A stretch of DNA of 48,996 nt from Bilabrum cf. latius (lineage: Eukaryota), in the NCBI GenBank assembly GCA_965178125.1, contig OZ237747.1, forward strand, positions 1,178,001 to 1,226,996, read 5' to 3'. The translations under genes were made by a program, and so were the position numbers. Positions 1 to 13,291 of this stretch are shown here, in pieces (positions within the stretch are counted from its first letter, which is position 1; each line of letters starts with the position of its first letter). The notes under the pieces were generated by a model. The model was not told the DNA's origin, searched no databases, and saw nothing but the letters and a program-made list of their open reading frames with translations.

Positions 1-276
1 GCCATTCGGATCGAGCACAATCTACACCGATTCGTCCAGGGCAAGGGCAACACAGTAGCAGGAATCATGAGCAAGATGTAGCCCATGCATGGTCTTACGC
101 AAGGACCTAGGAAGTTCGTTTACCTCCAATCGCATGGTTCAGCCCGCTAAGCAGTGCCACACGCACAGCTCCGAGCCGTTGCTGAGGCGCCGCGCATTCC
201 AAAGCGGAACCAATCGTCAACAACTTGCTCCGGTTCTACGACCACGGACACCTCTGTATCCGACTGCCCTTGTCTC

Positions 277-2346
277 ATGTCTAGAAGCTGTCTTTTGCGC
301 AAAGAACGAATAGCAGCTAAGGCTGGGCGGCTAGGCGTCGATCCCTTCGAGCTTGCCGCCCGAGACAGCCAGGAAGCATCCGGGCCGCCTCCGGAGGACG
401 CGCTGCCATTTTCCGGCAATCAGTCGAGCTTCAACGTAGAGCCTGCTCTGGCTGGGGCAATTGTACAGCATCGAGCATTCAGTCACAGCGCTGCGCGACT
501 GGAGTCTTTGGAGGATGTTTGCGCAACTGCGGCTCTCTGCCCACATTTCGATCCGTGGGAGCCTGGGACGACTGCTCGAACACCTTCGAGGTTTTTCTGT
601 CTTCTGTTCAAGCTCATGCTAATGCGACCGACCAAAGATCAGCTGCTTCGAATCCTGCAGAGCTCAATTGCCGGACCACAGGACGCCGTCTTGGAGGAGC
701 AGACCGAGGACACGAGTGCGGCCGCGGCCCTGGCAAAGTGCGGCCAGCCCCAGCACAAGCCGGGGGCATCGTGCGCCCCGCGCATCCTTGCCATGCTGCT
801 GCTTCGGTACTGCGCCGACCAGCGCACCCTGTGGTCCTGGCTGCGCCCCTTCCTGGACGACGCACAGCCAGTCCGAGCAGCCGGCGGCATGGACCCCGGG
901 CTGAGGCTCAAGGCAGCACCCGATTCCCTGCCTGGGCCATCGGGACCCGACGCCGTGGAGGCCTGCAGATCGCTGTGGCGGGCCCAGTCGGATTCTCGGG
1001 CCGCCCCCACGGTGGGGGCAGTGGCCAGGCACCTCCTGCTGGCCCCTCGCTTCCAGGACGCGATGCTGCCGCGGCTGGCAGTTCCGGTATAGCGACGGGT
1101 TGAGGCGCTGCTGGGCCTGCACGCCATGTCCAGGCGGTGCATGGGCCGGGCCTGGGAGCTCCGGTCCAAGTGGGTACCCGGCGCGGCGGTGCGGTGGCAC
1201 GCGGGAGGCGAGGAGCAGACCCCGGGGGCAGAGGGGGGCATCGGCGCGGGCAAGGCCGCAGATGGTGGGGCGGGGTGGAAAGAAGGGGCGGTGAAGAGGG
1301 GGGCCACGACCGAGGAGGCCTGCGGCAGGCGCTGCGTGCTGTGGCTGACGGAGCGAGGGGGTGGCATAGGCGCTGGTGGGGGTGCGGGCGGGGCCGGTGC
1401 AAGTCGAGATGCGATGGTGGACATGGGGTACCTGGACATGGCTGGGGGGTTCGGTGCTGCGGCGGGCGGGGAGGGCGGTAGCTCCCTGCCACCTGGGCTG
1501 CGGCTGCCCGTCCTCTCTGAGCTATCCGGGACTGGCGGGAGTGTAGGTGCATCCAGGGGTGGGGCGGGAGGGCTCAAGTATGCGGGGGGGAGGAGCTCAA
1601 GTGGTAGTGGGGCGCGTTCGTCAGGGGCCCGGGGATACGGCCGTGGTGGCGGTGGCGGCGCGGGGGTGCGAGGGGGTGGCACTCGACGCAAGGGGAAGGG
1701 ACAGCAAGGCAGCATGGCGGCGATGATGCTGGAGGAGGAGGAAGAGGAGGACGAGGAAGAGGAGAAGGAAGAAGATGGGGAATACTATGAAGGCGTGGGT
1801 GGGTACGAGGATGAGGGGGAAGGCGCGTGGGAAGCGGATGGAGGCGATGATGAGGCACAGGGGCAAGAGGAAACAGCCAGCGGTGCTGGTGATCGTAGTG
1901 TGACGATTGAAATTAGCAGCTCTGGCCAGGTGGAGGGCCAGCAAGACGCCTCTGGCGCCACGAGCAGTGCCGAGGAGCCTGCCGATGCTGGGCCCGCTGG
2001 CGCGGGTGCTCCGGGCTCCATGGCCGCTTTTGCTGCTATGATGCGGGGCGGGGAGTCGTCTCGATCCACCGGTGGAGCGGGCAGCGCGGCCAAGCCCCGG
2101 GTGGAGCGCGCCGAGGATGACGCGATGAGGCTGGAGCAGGCGGGCAGGGGAGGCAGGGACGTCGATGCGATAGGGGACGACTCGGAGGAGCGAGCCCGGG
2201 AGCGGGATCAAGCACCCGCTGGTGGGAGTTTCAATGATAGTTCCAGCCAGTAGCAGCACCAGTCAGGAAGTGGTGCCGGAGAGGCGAAGGAGCAGGGGGA
2301 GAGATAGCAAGTGCCCCAGGCAGCTTCCAACATGTGGAGCTTCTGA
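277..2346 (+). CDS. PRPF38B: Pre-mRNA splicing factor PRP38 family protein (PRPF38B-like) with long Gly/Glu-rich C-terminal extension
   Basis: Motifs LPFSGNQSSFNV, FDPWEPG, FFCLLFKL, LLLRYC, LWSWLRPFLDD and LPRLAVPV*RR match the PRP38 domain. ORFs 154-1092 and 1126-2253 share a frame, joined through TAG at 1090, 2251 and 2305, and end at TGA 2344-2346. Start ATG 277 is the first ATG after an in-frame TAA at 148. Confidence 0.8.
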
Positions 2347-2619
2347 GTGCGGGCCGTAGAGGAATTTTTGTTCAACGGTTGAAGCTGAGGTCTAGCTGGC
2401 TTTAGACACCAGTCACGCCGGGGAAGAGGTTCGCCTCTCGGTCAGGAGCACCGATCGCGATTCGCGATCCTCGCGATATGACCCTCACTCTCCCTCTCGG
2501 TGCCAGATGCCATCTTGATCTTGGTGTCATCTAGCTCAGGCAAAGCTGCCCGCACTCACCCCAAGAATATTTGGAGCCGAAAATTCCAAAATAAAGTGGT
2601 AACGCAATTCATTGCTCCG

Positions 2620-3642
2620 ATGGAGAAGTCCGACCGGACAAGTTCCAGACCAGCACCAGCAGGTGCAAAGCAGCAATGGCAGAGGCTGAACCCAACACAT
2701 GCTGGCTTTAGGAGTTCCGATCTAGATACTTGGTGCGTAAGTACCAGCATGGACAACATTATGATAGGTCCCATGACTGGAGGGGGTTCATGTTGGGTTT
2801 CTACAGACGGTCGCATTGAAAGAGCAGGAAATGCAATCCCAACTACTTGGCTGCCCGAGTTCCCCTTCCAAACCGGCAAGTGGTGCTTTGAGGTTCAGAT
2901 GTTAAGAGGCGAATCGCAGTGTTTGTTTAGTCAGTTTGGGATCGGGCGAGCATAGACGCGTTGCACTGTGAGAGACGGTGTCGGCGACAGGTCGGATAGC
3001 TGGAGTGTTGACTACAGCAGGGGCGTGGCATGGCACATCGTAAGCTTTTCGTGCCAACAGAGGCGACGGCTAACTTGTGAAACAGTATCAATCTGCGTCG
3101 ACATCGACGCGGGCACCTTGACCTCCGCTGTGGACGGTGACTGGGCCGCGGACAGATGCATCGGTTTCGGCAAGCAGCAGGGAATCGCCAAGGCCTCCCT
3201 CCACAAGAGTTTTGCCCTTTACCCGATGGCATCCATAGCAGATGGCACATACCGGTATAACATCGGAAGTCCGCACAGCCCTTTCGTGCACAGGCCCCCT
3301 TCAGGGTATAGACCCCTGTGGGAGGCGAGGGGCGGCACTGCGACGTCTGACCGTCTCGTTCGCTTGGAGAGATTGCTGGCCTTCAGGCGGGCACGGGAGG
3401 CCCACAGGGATGCAAGCATGGTGTTCCGGGCGGCAAGCGAGGGCAGGCCTCTGGAGCTGGTTAAACGCCTGCGGCTGGGCAAGCTCGCTGGTGGCCTGGA
3501 CATGAAGGGCGAGGTGGTGGTCGGTGGAGGTGACGGTTCATCTGGGGAGCGACGGGTGGTGGTGGGTTCGTTGGAGGCGGCCCGTCTGGGGGGGCACGAT
3601 GAGTGCGTGAGCGCTATTGAAGAGACTCGAGGCAGCGCATGA
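2620..3642 (+). CDS. SPRY-domain protein
   Basis: GKWCFEVQM...QFGIG...GVGDRSDSWSVD...ISICVDIDAGTLT...LYPMASI...YNIGSP-PFVHRPPSGYRPL is a SPRY fold pattern. One in-frame TAG (2953) lies inside the domain. Ends at TGA. Confidence 0.75.
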
Positions 3643-3707
3643 CATGCCTGGATACCAGGATCGGCCTACTGCAACAATATCAAAACAATAGCAACAACAG
3701 TCAAAAC

Positions 3708-5015
3708 TCAGTGCACAGCCCTCGGGTCCCACCCAGACCAGGGCGCCCCGTCCTTGGCGAAGACAGGCAGGCCCCAGGAAACCACCACGTTCGCCGTGGC
3801 TCTGTAGGGCCTCTCCTCGTACAGGGCCACGTTCTCCTTCCCGAGCCTCTCGAGCTCTCCCAGGATCCAGTGCACGTCGGGGATGTTCCACGCGATCCAC
3901 CCGCGCCTGCTCCTGGCGATCAGCGAGGAGACGTAGGGCGCCCGCGTGTGCGGCTTGAGCTCGCTCAGGGCGTAGTTGGACATGAAAAGGTCGAATTCGG
4001 CGGGCTCCTCCCCTCTAGCGATCCTCTCCTCCAGTCCGGCCAGCCCACCGAGCTCCGTGTTCCCCAGCCGCACTCTGCTCGCTTTCTCCGGAGCAAGTGC
4101 CCGGCTCAGCCACCTGCGCTGCACTCGCTCCACCGCTGGCAAGTCGAATATCATCCAGTCCCCGATCCCCTGAAACAGAGACAGGCAGGCGTGCGCCTGC
4201 CCCCCGAAGCCGCCCCCCACTTCGACCACCCGGGCCCCTGGACCAATGGACATGGGGGTGTCGAGCAGCGCCCTGCCGAACCATAGGCGGATGTCCACCG
4301 CCACACTCAGGTAGCGAAAATGCACGGGAGCCACTTGTAAGCCAGTGGCTGGGAAGTCTCCCCTCATGAGCGTCGCGAGGCTGTCCTCGCTCGGGCCACC
4401 GATGGAGCTGCCGACGCGCAGCATTTCGATTGCGTCTGCTTGCTGCAATACCGCAGGGTCCCGCCGCTCGATGTGGTCAATCATTGGCTGCAATACATTG
4501 TTCATTTTTGGATCCTCAAACATTATCCTTGAGGCTGGGTGTTCACGGAATCGGTCGAATGCAGAATTTCGGTCCTGTCCCGCTGCTTCCTCCATCAGCG
4601 CGACGTACTCTGCAAAGAACCCACCGCCAATGTGCCAGCTATCATGGGTTGGCTTTGTTGTACCTGCATTATTGACGACTCGACTTGCCTATTCGCAGAT
4701 ATCCTACAGAAATTGCAGGAGTGCGGACTTAAATTCAGCACATGTAGGCGCTGTCTGATTCCCCTGGGCCCAACAGTCCGTTCTGATGGACCGTAGCTCT
4801 CCCTTCATGAGCGCGTTTATTAACATCTCCCTGTTTCTGTCATTGCATATAGAATCCAGCACGCCTGGAAGGAGGAGCGGCTACAGTGATTTGCTAGGCT
4901 GGAGCCCAAGGAGAAGTGTGCTAGCATTAACTACGAAGCCCAGCGGCTGCTGTTCACAAGATGTACACAACAGCAGTACAGCAAGAAGCACTGTTCGAAA
5001 GTATTGCTTAAGCAT
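3708..5015 (-). CDS. Putative secreted/luminal SAM-dependent sugar O-methyltransferase (NanM-like family)
   Basis: Motifs RVVEVGGGFGGQA, IFDLP and FDLFMSNYALSEL. Reading TAG (4689, 4704, 4881) as sense extends the ORF to ATG 5015 and gives a signal-peptide-like start MLKQYFRTVLLAVLLLC. Ends at TGA 3708. Confidence 0.7.
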
Positions 5016-5136
5016 GCTCTGCAAGATAATTTGTGTTGGTTCATTTCACATCGATTTCTTTCACTGATGGCATGGCATTGCAGCACTGTGCTCACCACGA
5101 GAGACGCGCGTATCCGATCCGGAATAGCCATGTCCC

Positions 5137-6630
5137 TCATTGCGCCCTGGCGACAGTCGCGGACCGCCCCACCAGCATGAGAGTGGCAGCGGCCACCGCT
5201 GCTGCTGCTGCTGTTTGGACGCCCATAGCATCGCGCGATGCTTCCGACGAGCTCGGAGTGCTCGACGGTGAAGAGCTCACTCCCACACTAGCACTCGCAG
5301 ACGGTACTGCTGATGCCGAGGCAGATGGGGCTGCGCTGGTCGGTGACGAGCTTGGGATGCTTGCATGCGACGGCGTAGTCGAGGGCGAGGGCGATGGTAC
5401 TGGCGAGCGCGATGGCTGGCTTTTCATGATAGCCAGCCCGTAGCCTTGCCCCATGGGTCCTTGGAAGGACCCGCCCGCGTACAGGGTGCTTCCAAAATCA
5501 CTGAGCGTCAGCACGGTCACAGGCGCGTTGAATGACCCTGCCCTGGCTTCCCATGCCTTGGTGGCTGTGTTGTATGCCGCCACGCCGATCGTGTTCACCC
5601 CATTGACGTTTGAAAGATGACCTCCAATGTACACTAAACCTGCTATTGTATCCACAGCGATTGCAGACACGTAGTCACCGCTGGTAGGCTTGGTCCAGCC
5701 GCCCACGGCCGAAAATGCGCCAGTGCCGCTGTCATAGTACGCAAACCCTGGAACAGCCACTCCGCCAGCACTAGTAAACTTGCCTCCGATGTAGACTCCA
5801 TCGGGGCACCCGCGCGTCGAGCCGCACTCTATGGCAGTCACGTGGCCCCCGGTCACGTGCAGGCTAGACCAGCCAGAGCTGGAGTCGTACAGCTGCAGGG
5901 CCCCTAGAGATGGATCTACAGCGCCGCCGGCATACAGTGATTTGAGCTTATAGTTCTCTTGGTCCTTGACGGCGATGGCCCAGATCGTCTGCGTTGGCCC
6001 GCCTGAGCCCAAGGGTGCAGCCCGGCCCTCTGGTCCATTTCGCCACGTGAGGACGGTCGTGCCAGAGATGGCACGCTATGCAGCCGTTCCAACTACCCAA
6101 TCCAGCGCGGCTATTGCCATGGCATTCACCACAGGGGCGCCGTAGTCGAAGCCGCCCTGCTGCATCCAGCCGCCGCTCGAGTAGCAAGCCACGTTGACTG
6201 CTTTCCGCCCGCCGGCCGACTCGAAATCTCCCCCGAAGCAGAACTGAGATGCGCCAGTACTGTAAAACAGCGCTGCATGCGCTATTCCCACGGAGCCCTG
6301 CATCGCGAGGCCGGTGCCAAGCCTGGACCAGGTACTCGGCTGGAAGCTGTTGCCCAGGAACAGCTCCGTGGCTCCCGAGGACGTCTGCTCGTGGTCGCCC
6401 GCATCGGTGACATTACACCCCTGAAACTGTCCTCCAATGTATAGAAAGTCCCCATGGGTGGCTATCGCAGCCACATTGGCCCACGCCGGGTCCCACACGC
6501 CTCCAGCCAACTCTTCCCAGATCCAGCTCGACCCTGCAACATCGACTAGATCTGCGCCTGCCTTGCGCGCCCTGTCGGCGCATGCAATACTGGCACTTGC
6601 AAGCACAATGCACGCTAGCATTCCAAACAT
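5137..6630 (-). CDS. Cell-surface beta-propeller protein (Rax2-like GGxF repeats) with Ser/Pro stalk and C-terminal hydrophobic, possibly GPI, signal
   Basis: N-terminal signal peptide, repeated LYIGGxF/VYIGGKF/LYAGGSF blades, SPSPSTTPS stalk and an Ala-rich hydrophobic tail. ORFs 6076-6630 and 5137-6012 are in frame across TAG 6076. Ends at TGA. Confidence 0.7.
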
Positions 6631-6819
6631 GTTGATGCAGGACTCCTAGTATGAGGAGACCGCGGGGCAATGTTCCGGATGGATCTTGAAGGCCGGTTCG
6701 GATCTTTGCCATGTTCCGGTTTGAGAGGGTGAGGGCGGACTGGTTGAATTCATGAATGTAGTCTGACTAATTGTAGAAGGCTCCAAGGATTTGCGTCTGA
6801 CATGTTGTTGAGGAAATCT

Positions 6820-9800
6820 TCACCGGGGCATGCTCAGTTTCAAAGGCGAGACCCTGCTGCCGGGGTGCAGCGCATCATCGAGGCTGGCCAGGGCCCGGGT
6901 GAGTCCCCGGATGTTCTCCTGCCGGGTGGGGGACGACGGGATCACGCCACTGCTGGCACTACCTGCAGCTCTCCCACCCTGGCCCCTCCTCTGCGACCGG
7001 GTGCGCACCCCGGGCCCCGCCCCAGCCGCCTGCAGAGCGGCCAGCTTCCTCCTGAGGGCCTTCCGCAGCGCGCTGAGCTTCTTGCGCACGCCCTCCCCCA
7101 TCGCCTTGCCGCTCGCACTCGTCACACCTGCCCCTGCCCCTGCACTCGCCCCTGTTCTGGCCGCGACCGCCCCCGCAAGCAGCTCCAGGGCGGGTGCGAG
7201 CAGCCCGACGGGATCGTCCCGGTACAGCTGCGCGGCGTCCGCCAGCACGTCAGTGGCCTCGGCGGCGTGCGCCAGCGCCCTGCGACAGGCCCTGGATCCA
7301 CGGGTGGATTCGGCCAGCAGCCGCATGCAGAGGGAGGCCAGCTTTCTGTGCGGCCTGCTCAGGTTGCAGGACCGGAGGGCCGCCAGCACCACGGGCACGG
7401 CGCTCGAGGCCGCCATGGCGTCACCCACGAACGGACCGGAGGGGGCCAGGGCCAGGAGCTGCTGGCAGGCGGACTGCACGCGGGACAGGGATCCGGAGCG
7501 CAAAAGGTTCCGTACGGCGGCCCGCGTCCTGGCTCCCACGGTCTCGGCCGCGGTCGCCCGTGCTGTGGCCTGTGCCAACTTCTCGCGGGCAGCGGTCACG
7601 GCGGGCCCCGCACTTGCCCTCATGGCGGCCCCCCTCCACTGGGCCTGCAGGGCCAGCACGGCCCCCCTTGACCTACGGCTCTCCTCGGCCATGCGATCCG
7701 CCCTTGCCCTGGCCACTTGCGCCTCCTGCTCGGCTCTCGCCTCTTCTTCGCGCCGGTGCTGCGCCCTTGCCGCGCGCGCTTCGGCACGTCCGCGGAATCC
7801 CCTCCAGAGTGCCTGCAGCGAAGCGGCGGCCCGCGCCTCCCTCTACTCCTGCTCCCGTTGTTCCCTCGCGACCCGAGCCTCCTCCTCCCTGGCCTGTTCC
7901 TCCTCCATGGCTCTCGCCTCCTCCTCGGCCCGCTGCCTCGCCGCCCTGGCCTCGTCCTTCATGGCAGCGAACCGCCGCCGCTGCAACGCCCCGCGGGCCA
8001 ATGCTCCCAGCTGCTCTGCCAGCCAGGTCAGCCCGTCCAGTTTGGCCATGTCCTCCAGCATCCGCCACCAGCTCTGGATGGCACAGGCAGCCAGCACCTC
8101 CTGCTCGCGCCGGGCCTCTTGTTCCTTGGCCTCGTCATGCGCCTCGGCTCGCCGCCTCGCGCGGGCCTCGCGCAGCAGGCGACGGCGGGCGGCGCGGGAG
8201 GCCTCCAGCGAAGCGGCCGCCTGCTCCGACGCGCGGGCGGCCCGTCGCGCCCTGGACAGCGCTCCCTCGACCCCAACGGGAGCTGAGCCCGAGGCGGCAC
8301 CGCTACTCGGGGCGCGATGGTCCGAGGGCGGGAGGGTCGGGGGCACAGCCCGCCTGACGCGCCTGCTCCCCCCCACGGCATCTCCCGAGGGTTTCGAGGG
8401 GGCCGCTGCCGCGACCGGTTCCGGAGCCGCGGCAGCGGCCTCCGTGCGCCGCTCCCGGACTCGCCTTGCCCCTTCCCGCAGCACCCTCTGATTGGCGAGC
8501 GCGTGCAGCAGCTTGCGCCGGTAGAAGGCGCCCCTGCACCAAGCCGACAGCTGGGCAGCGGCGGCTGCCCGCTTCTCTGTCTGAGAAGCCGCCCTTGCCC
8601 TTCGCCTCTTGAGCTCCCCGCGCGCATACCTCCGCCACGCGGCCTGCACCCGCATGGCGGCCCTGGACTTGCGCGCCGCAGGGGCCAGCACGGCCCAGAG
8701 CAGTCGGCCGCAGGCCAGCACTGCCCTACCGGCCACGGGGACGCCAGCACCGGCAGTCGCGCTCGCCCTGGCTGCCGCTGCCGCGATCGTGTCATGGGGT
8801 GGCAGCGGCAGCGGAGGCCCGTCCAAGGCTACGACAGCCCGCTGCACGGCCACGAACCTCTCACTGGCACCCGCAGAGGCAGAGGTGCCCGCCGCGTGCC
8901 CCGGACCCAGGGCCAGGCACCTCGGCAGCAGGGCGGGCGCGTACCTGTGCACCGCCAGGGCCAGGGCCTTGCCGTCGCTGCACAGGCAGGCGGCGGCGAG
9001 GGCGGGACTCATGTCTCCAGCACGGTGGGGTGCCGATGCCGCCGACTCGTCGACTGCCTGCGCCAGGGGAGCGGCGCCCGGGATGCACAGGCACGACGGC
9101 CCAGCGGACGCGAGAAGCCACGCCAGCACCAGGCACTCGGCCTGCCGCTCGGTGGTGCCAGTGCTGCTGCTGGGTGAAGCTCCGGCACCAGATGACGCTG
9201 CCGGCGGCATTTTGCGCGCAGCCTCGAGCCACGGGAGGGCTGTGCGCGCAGCCATGCCGGTGGGATCTGCCCTGCAGAGGGCCCGCACCTCTGCCTCGAG
9301 GGCCGCGCGGGACCCGGGCCCGGCCAGGGCACCGGCGCCGCCGCCGCTGCTACGACCCCCCACGGCCCTCCCCGCGGCCCCTCCCAGGGAGCCCCTGGGC
9401 CTGTCTGCCTCGAGGTCCGCCGCCCGCTGCAGCGCCGCCCACAGCACTCCCACCGACGCCTCCGCGGAGCCGTCCGCGATGGCCTGGGCCAGGGCGGCCT
9501 CGGGCGACGCGCTCTTGCGTCTCATCATGCTGCGGAGAGTGCCCCCAGCGGAGGGTACAGGCACGGCGGACACGTCCACGCCCGCGCGGGAGAGGAGAGA
9601 GAGGGCCGCGCCGACGTTGCGGGAACGGACCGTGCGCGTGGGGGCGGGGAACCGCAGGATCCGGCGGGCCAGCTAGAAGGGTGCCGTGAAGCAGTCGCCC
9701 TCGCCTGTTCCTGCCTCCCCATCGGTGGCCTCTGCCTTTATTCCCTCAGTGGAGGAGGAGGAATCCGCACCAGCACCCGGCGCCCGTTCCCCACCAGCCG

Positions 9801-12117
9801 ACAGCAGCCGCTCCCCCAGCAGAGCCAGCCGCACCCCGTCCGCCAGCGCCGATGCCAGGTCGGTCGCCCCCCTGCACCGAGGCACCCCCCACGCCCGCAG
9901 CTCCACCTCCTCGTGCGACGCCAGCGCAGACACGCCCAGGCCTAGGACGTGCTTGACCGGGTCTGCCTCGCCGTGGAGCAGGGGCACCAGCAGCCTCCGA
10001 AGCAGCTCCCGCGTGCTGCGGACCTCCGAGCCAAGCCGGAACAGGCGGTGCGGGGCCAGTGGGGGGTGACCTCGGGGGCACAGCAGCGGCTCCCCGTTGA
10101 GTGGGCCCTGCCCCGTGAAGGCGGCGTCGAGGAATGCAACGAGGTGGAGCGTGCGACGGAGGGCGAGCCTTGACTGGTCCCGGGTGTGCGCGGCGGTCTG
10201 CGCGCCCGCTGGCGTCTCTTCGTGCCGCATGCGGGTCTGCTCGTCGAAGAGGATGTGCGTCTTCCACAGCCGGCGGAGCGTGCGCTCGCCGCCGTCCGCA
10301 GGGGGCACGTGCACGTACACTGGCCCTTGCCCCCTCCCGTCCGCAGCACCGGCTCCTCCCATGGCAACCGCCAGAGCGTCGGCACCGGCATCGCCCTCAC
10401 CGAGCCCCTCCTCCGCCTCCTCCACGGGCCCGCCCTCCCTGATCTTGACTTTCTTGAGCACGTGCACCGAGGTGGCTGCCGCCGTCTCGAGACCCGCCCG
10501 CAGCCAAGCGGGGTGCACGCACCGCAGCGCCGCCCACAGTTCCTCCTGCAGTCCTAGGTCTGCGTGAGGGGCCCTGTCGTCGCGGACCGCCAGGGCACCA
10601 GACTGCACCGCGGCGTCCACGCACTTGCGGACGTCTTCAGCGGCAGGGTCCCACCAGGCCCCCACCGCTGTGCTGCGCATGGCCGCCACTCGCCGCTGGA
10701 GGTCGAGCTGCCGACGGGCAGAGGCGGCCCGCTCGGCCTGCTGGGCGGCTCGCGCGGCGGGAGAGCTAGGTGCAGCAGCTTCGTCTGCCTCTCCATCCTC
10801 GCGCGCTCCCAGCTCCCCCATTTGGTTCTCCTTCTCCTCCAGCTCTGCCTCCACCCGCGCGGCCTCCTGTTCGGCCACCTCGGCCTCCCCCTGCCACAGC
10901 GCCGACTCAGCCGCCACCACCTCTGCCCTCCAGCGCACCTGACCCCCTCCCGCCGACCTGCCAGCCCCATGGTGCCTGTGCCTGTGCCTGGAGGATGAGG
11001 CCCGCCTGGTCCTGGTCCTCGCTGCCATCGAGGAGGAGCGGGAGGAAGCGCCTGACCCTGAGCCGGTGCCGGAGGGGCCACTCGATCTTCCCCTGGCCCC
11101 CTTGGCCCCCTTGGTGGGGGCGGCGGGGGGGCGCTATTCCCCCCTTGCGATGCAGTGGTGCAGCCAGGCACCCAGCGCGCGGGACTGCTGGTCCAGTACC
11201 TGGGCGGTTGCAACCTCGGGGGCCACCTGGTGGGTGGATGCTGGCTTGACCGGCCCGCCCCGGCCCCTTGCAGTCCTGGGCCCCGCGCTCGCGGCCCGCT
11301 TGAGCTTGGCCGTCTTGGACCTGGCTGATGCGGCCGCCTGCCTTCGAGTTGGGGCGGCGCTGGTGGCCGCGAGCCCCGGTGCGGTGGGCCCCGCTGTCTG
11401 GGCCAGAAATCTAGTTTCTCTCGCCTTCTGGGCACGGGCATGCTGCTGCTGTTCCCTGCGCCGCCTCGCCGCTTCCTGCAGCGCCGCGGCCGCCTCTCCG
11501 CCCGCACGCTTCTCCTGCTTCTTCTTCTCGTGCTCTGCCATGCGGCGCAAGAAGGAGGCAGGGGGGCCGCCAGCAGCTCGCCCGCTTGCTTTCACTGGAC
11601 TTGATGAGCCGTCTCGCGAGGATACAGCGGCTCGGTTGCTGTCCCGTGGCGCGAGTGCGCGTCGGCCCCCGCCGGCCTCTCGCCGATTCGGCGGGCACTG
11701 GATCTGGCACCGGACCGCCATGGGACCCGCGCCCGTGCTGAACGTTAATGAACCAGCTGCTTTTTCACTTCGCGATGTACTCTAGAAAGCTTCGGATGGT
11801 ATGCTCCACTCCACATCGACTGATTGGCTTGCGCCTGCCGGCACGGCAGTGCCAGCTGCAGTAATGCTGCCCCAAGACACGCCGTTCGTATCCCTTACCT
11901 TGCATGGTCTTTGAGCAATATTGACGGATTTTGTTGTGGGGTTTGAAAACGTAAGCCGGCCTTGCACGACCAAGCCTTGAGAGGCATCGCTCGGAATTGC
12001 GACGCAACCAAAATCGAGCACTGGCTCTGAGCCGAATGCCCTAAGCTCCACATCTGCCTAGGGCAAAGATGCTGAAGCCACATAATGTATGCTGTTTGTT
12101 GCAGCCACGGCAGACAT
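6820..12117 (-). CDS. ASPM: Abnormal spindle-like microcephaly protein homolog (ASH-like, CH and IQ motifs, C-terminal HEAT/ARM-like region)
   Basis: One frame of about 1765 codons broken only by TAG (12058, 11782, 11134, 9673, 7843). Contains HADLGLQEEL..HPAWLRAGLE, DLASALADGVRLALLGE, several IQ-like motifs (VQAAWRRY, IQSWWR, LQALWRG, LQAQWRG) and LRSCNLSRPH. Ends at TGA 6820. Start ATG 12117 is tentative. Confidence 0.85.
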
Positions 12118-12347
12118 GACCGCAGAGGTTGACCTGCGCAGCCACACACTTGCCCAACGGCCGGAAAAGACTGGCGCCGCGCATCGTTCGATCGTGGTTC
12201 CGTAAGCCTCCCGCCAAATCCACCGGGGCACTTGCCACAATCTGCTCTAGACTCAGCAGACCCCAATCAAGAGATTTGCGGTTACTAGTTATACTTTACA
12301 GGAAAAGTAGACTGACCCTCGCAAGTAGGAACACAGAATCTGCTGTA

Positions 12348-12998
12348 ATGATGCAGAGGAGCACAACTAGCATGATGAGATCCCAAGCGTTCGCAATCGT
12401 TGCAGCATTGGTCTTGGCTTCGTTCGCCGCTGCTGCTCAGATCAAGTCAACAAGCAACAGGTAGACAACGGCTGAAGTGCATGCGGATGGCAGTGCGACC
12501 GGTACTGGCGGAGCGGGACAAGCATCGGCAGGGAGGAGCATTTCGAACTCAGAGCTTTTGCAAAACGTTGCTAGTGAATTCGTCGATGATCTTGCGGATC
12601 AGCTGCAAGTTAGCAAGAGCGCGCTGCTCATTATCTTTGTGGGGATCTTCATCGCCCTCGCCTGGGTCCTTGTCCCGTGCCTGTGCCGATTCGCAACCGG
12701 GACTGGAGTGATTGAGCAGAAGGTGCAGAAGGTCACACGGGAGATGCAGGTTGTGGAAACTCAGCTGGAGCGCATCGAAGATCGCCAGCAGAACTTTGAA
12801 GCCAGGGTGGACGAGCAGATGCACGCCCAGACTGCCCAGCTGCAGAACGTGCAGGAAGGCCTCGGCCAGGTCCTTTCCAAGATGTACGAGCAGTCCAACA
12901 AGCTGGACAAGATGACCCAGCCCAGACCCGCCCAGGCCCAGAGCCAGACGTAGACACAGCCTCGTCGCCCGGGCACTTCCTGGACTTTCTTGGGCTGA
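12348..12998 (+). CDS. Single-pass membrane protein with signal peptide and cytosolic coiled coil
   Basis: Signal peptide (AFAIVAALVLASFAAAA), TM helix (LLIIFVGIFIALAWVLV) and a Gln-rich coiled coil. TAG at 12462 and 12951; the second sits in QAQSQT*TQP. Ends at TGA 12996-12998. Confidence 0.7.
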
Positions 12999-13291
12999 GC
13001 CAGCGATGTACACCGGGTGGTGAATCGTGGCTGGGCTGTAACGTGGCGGTCCCTCAGGCTGTGGGGGAACGGGCCTGTCCTCCCCCCCCCGTCCGAGCGA
13101 TGTTGCAGCGCGACTGGGTCTCGTTGATTGATTGGTTGATTTGTTGGGTGCCTCACACATCATTCCCCGGTGAACTCATGGTCTTGATTCGAGGCCTCTG
13201 CAAAGCACCCTGTCGGAGCAAGTCTGGCCTGGTCTACAGCCCACGCAACATCCAGAGAATTCAAATTGCCCGTGAATCATCAACTGCAGCC

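Noticed and set aside
67-150. Upstream ATG 67 in the PRP38 frame, which would require TAA readthrough at 148
   Set aside because: There is no conserved sequence upstream of ATG 277, so this is not evidence for TAA reassignment.
6802-11785. Long + strand ORFs (for example 6830-8491, 8609-9676) and other overlapping ORFs in the track
   Set aside because: They are antisense or off-frame shadows of GC-rich genes such as ASPM and have no recognisable domains.
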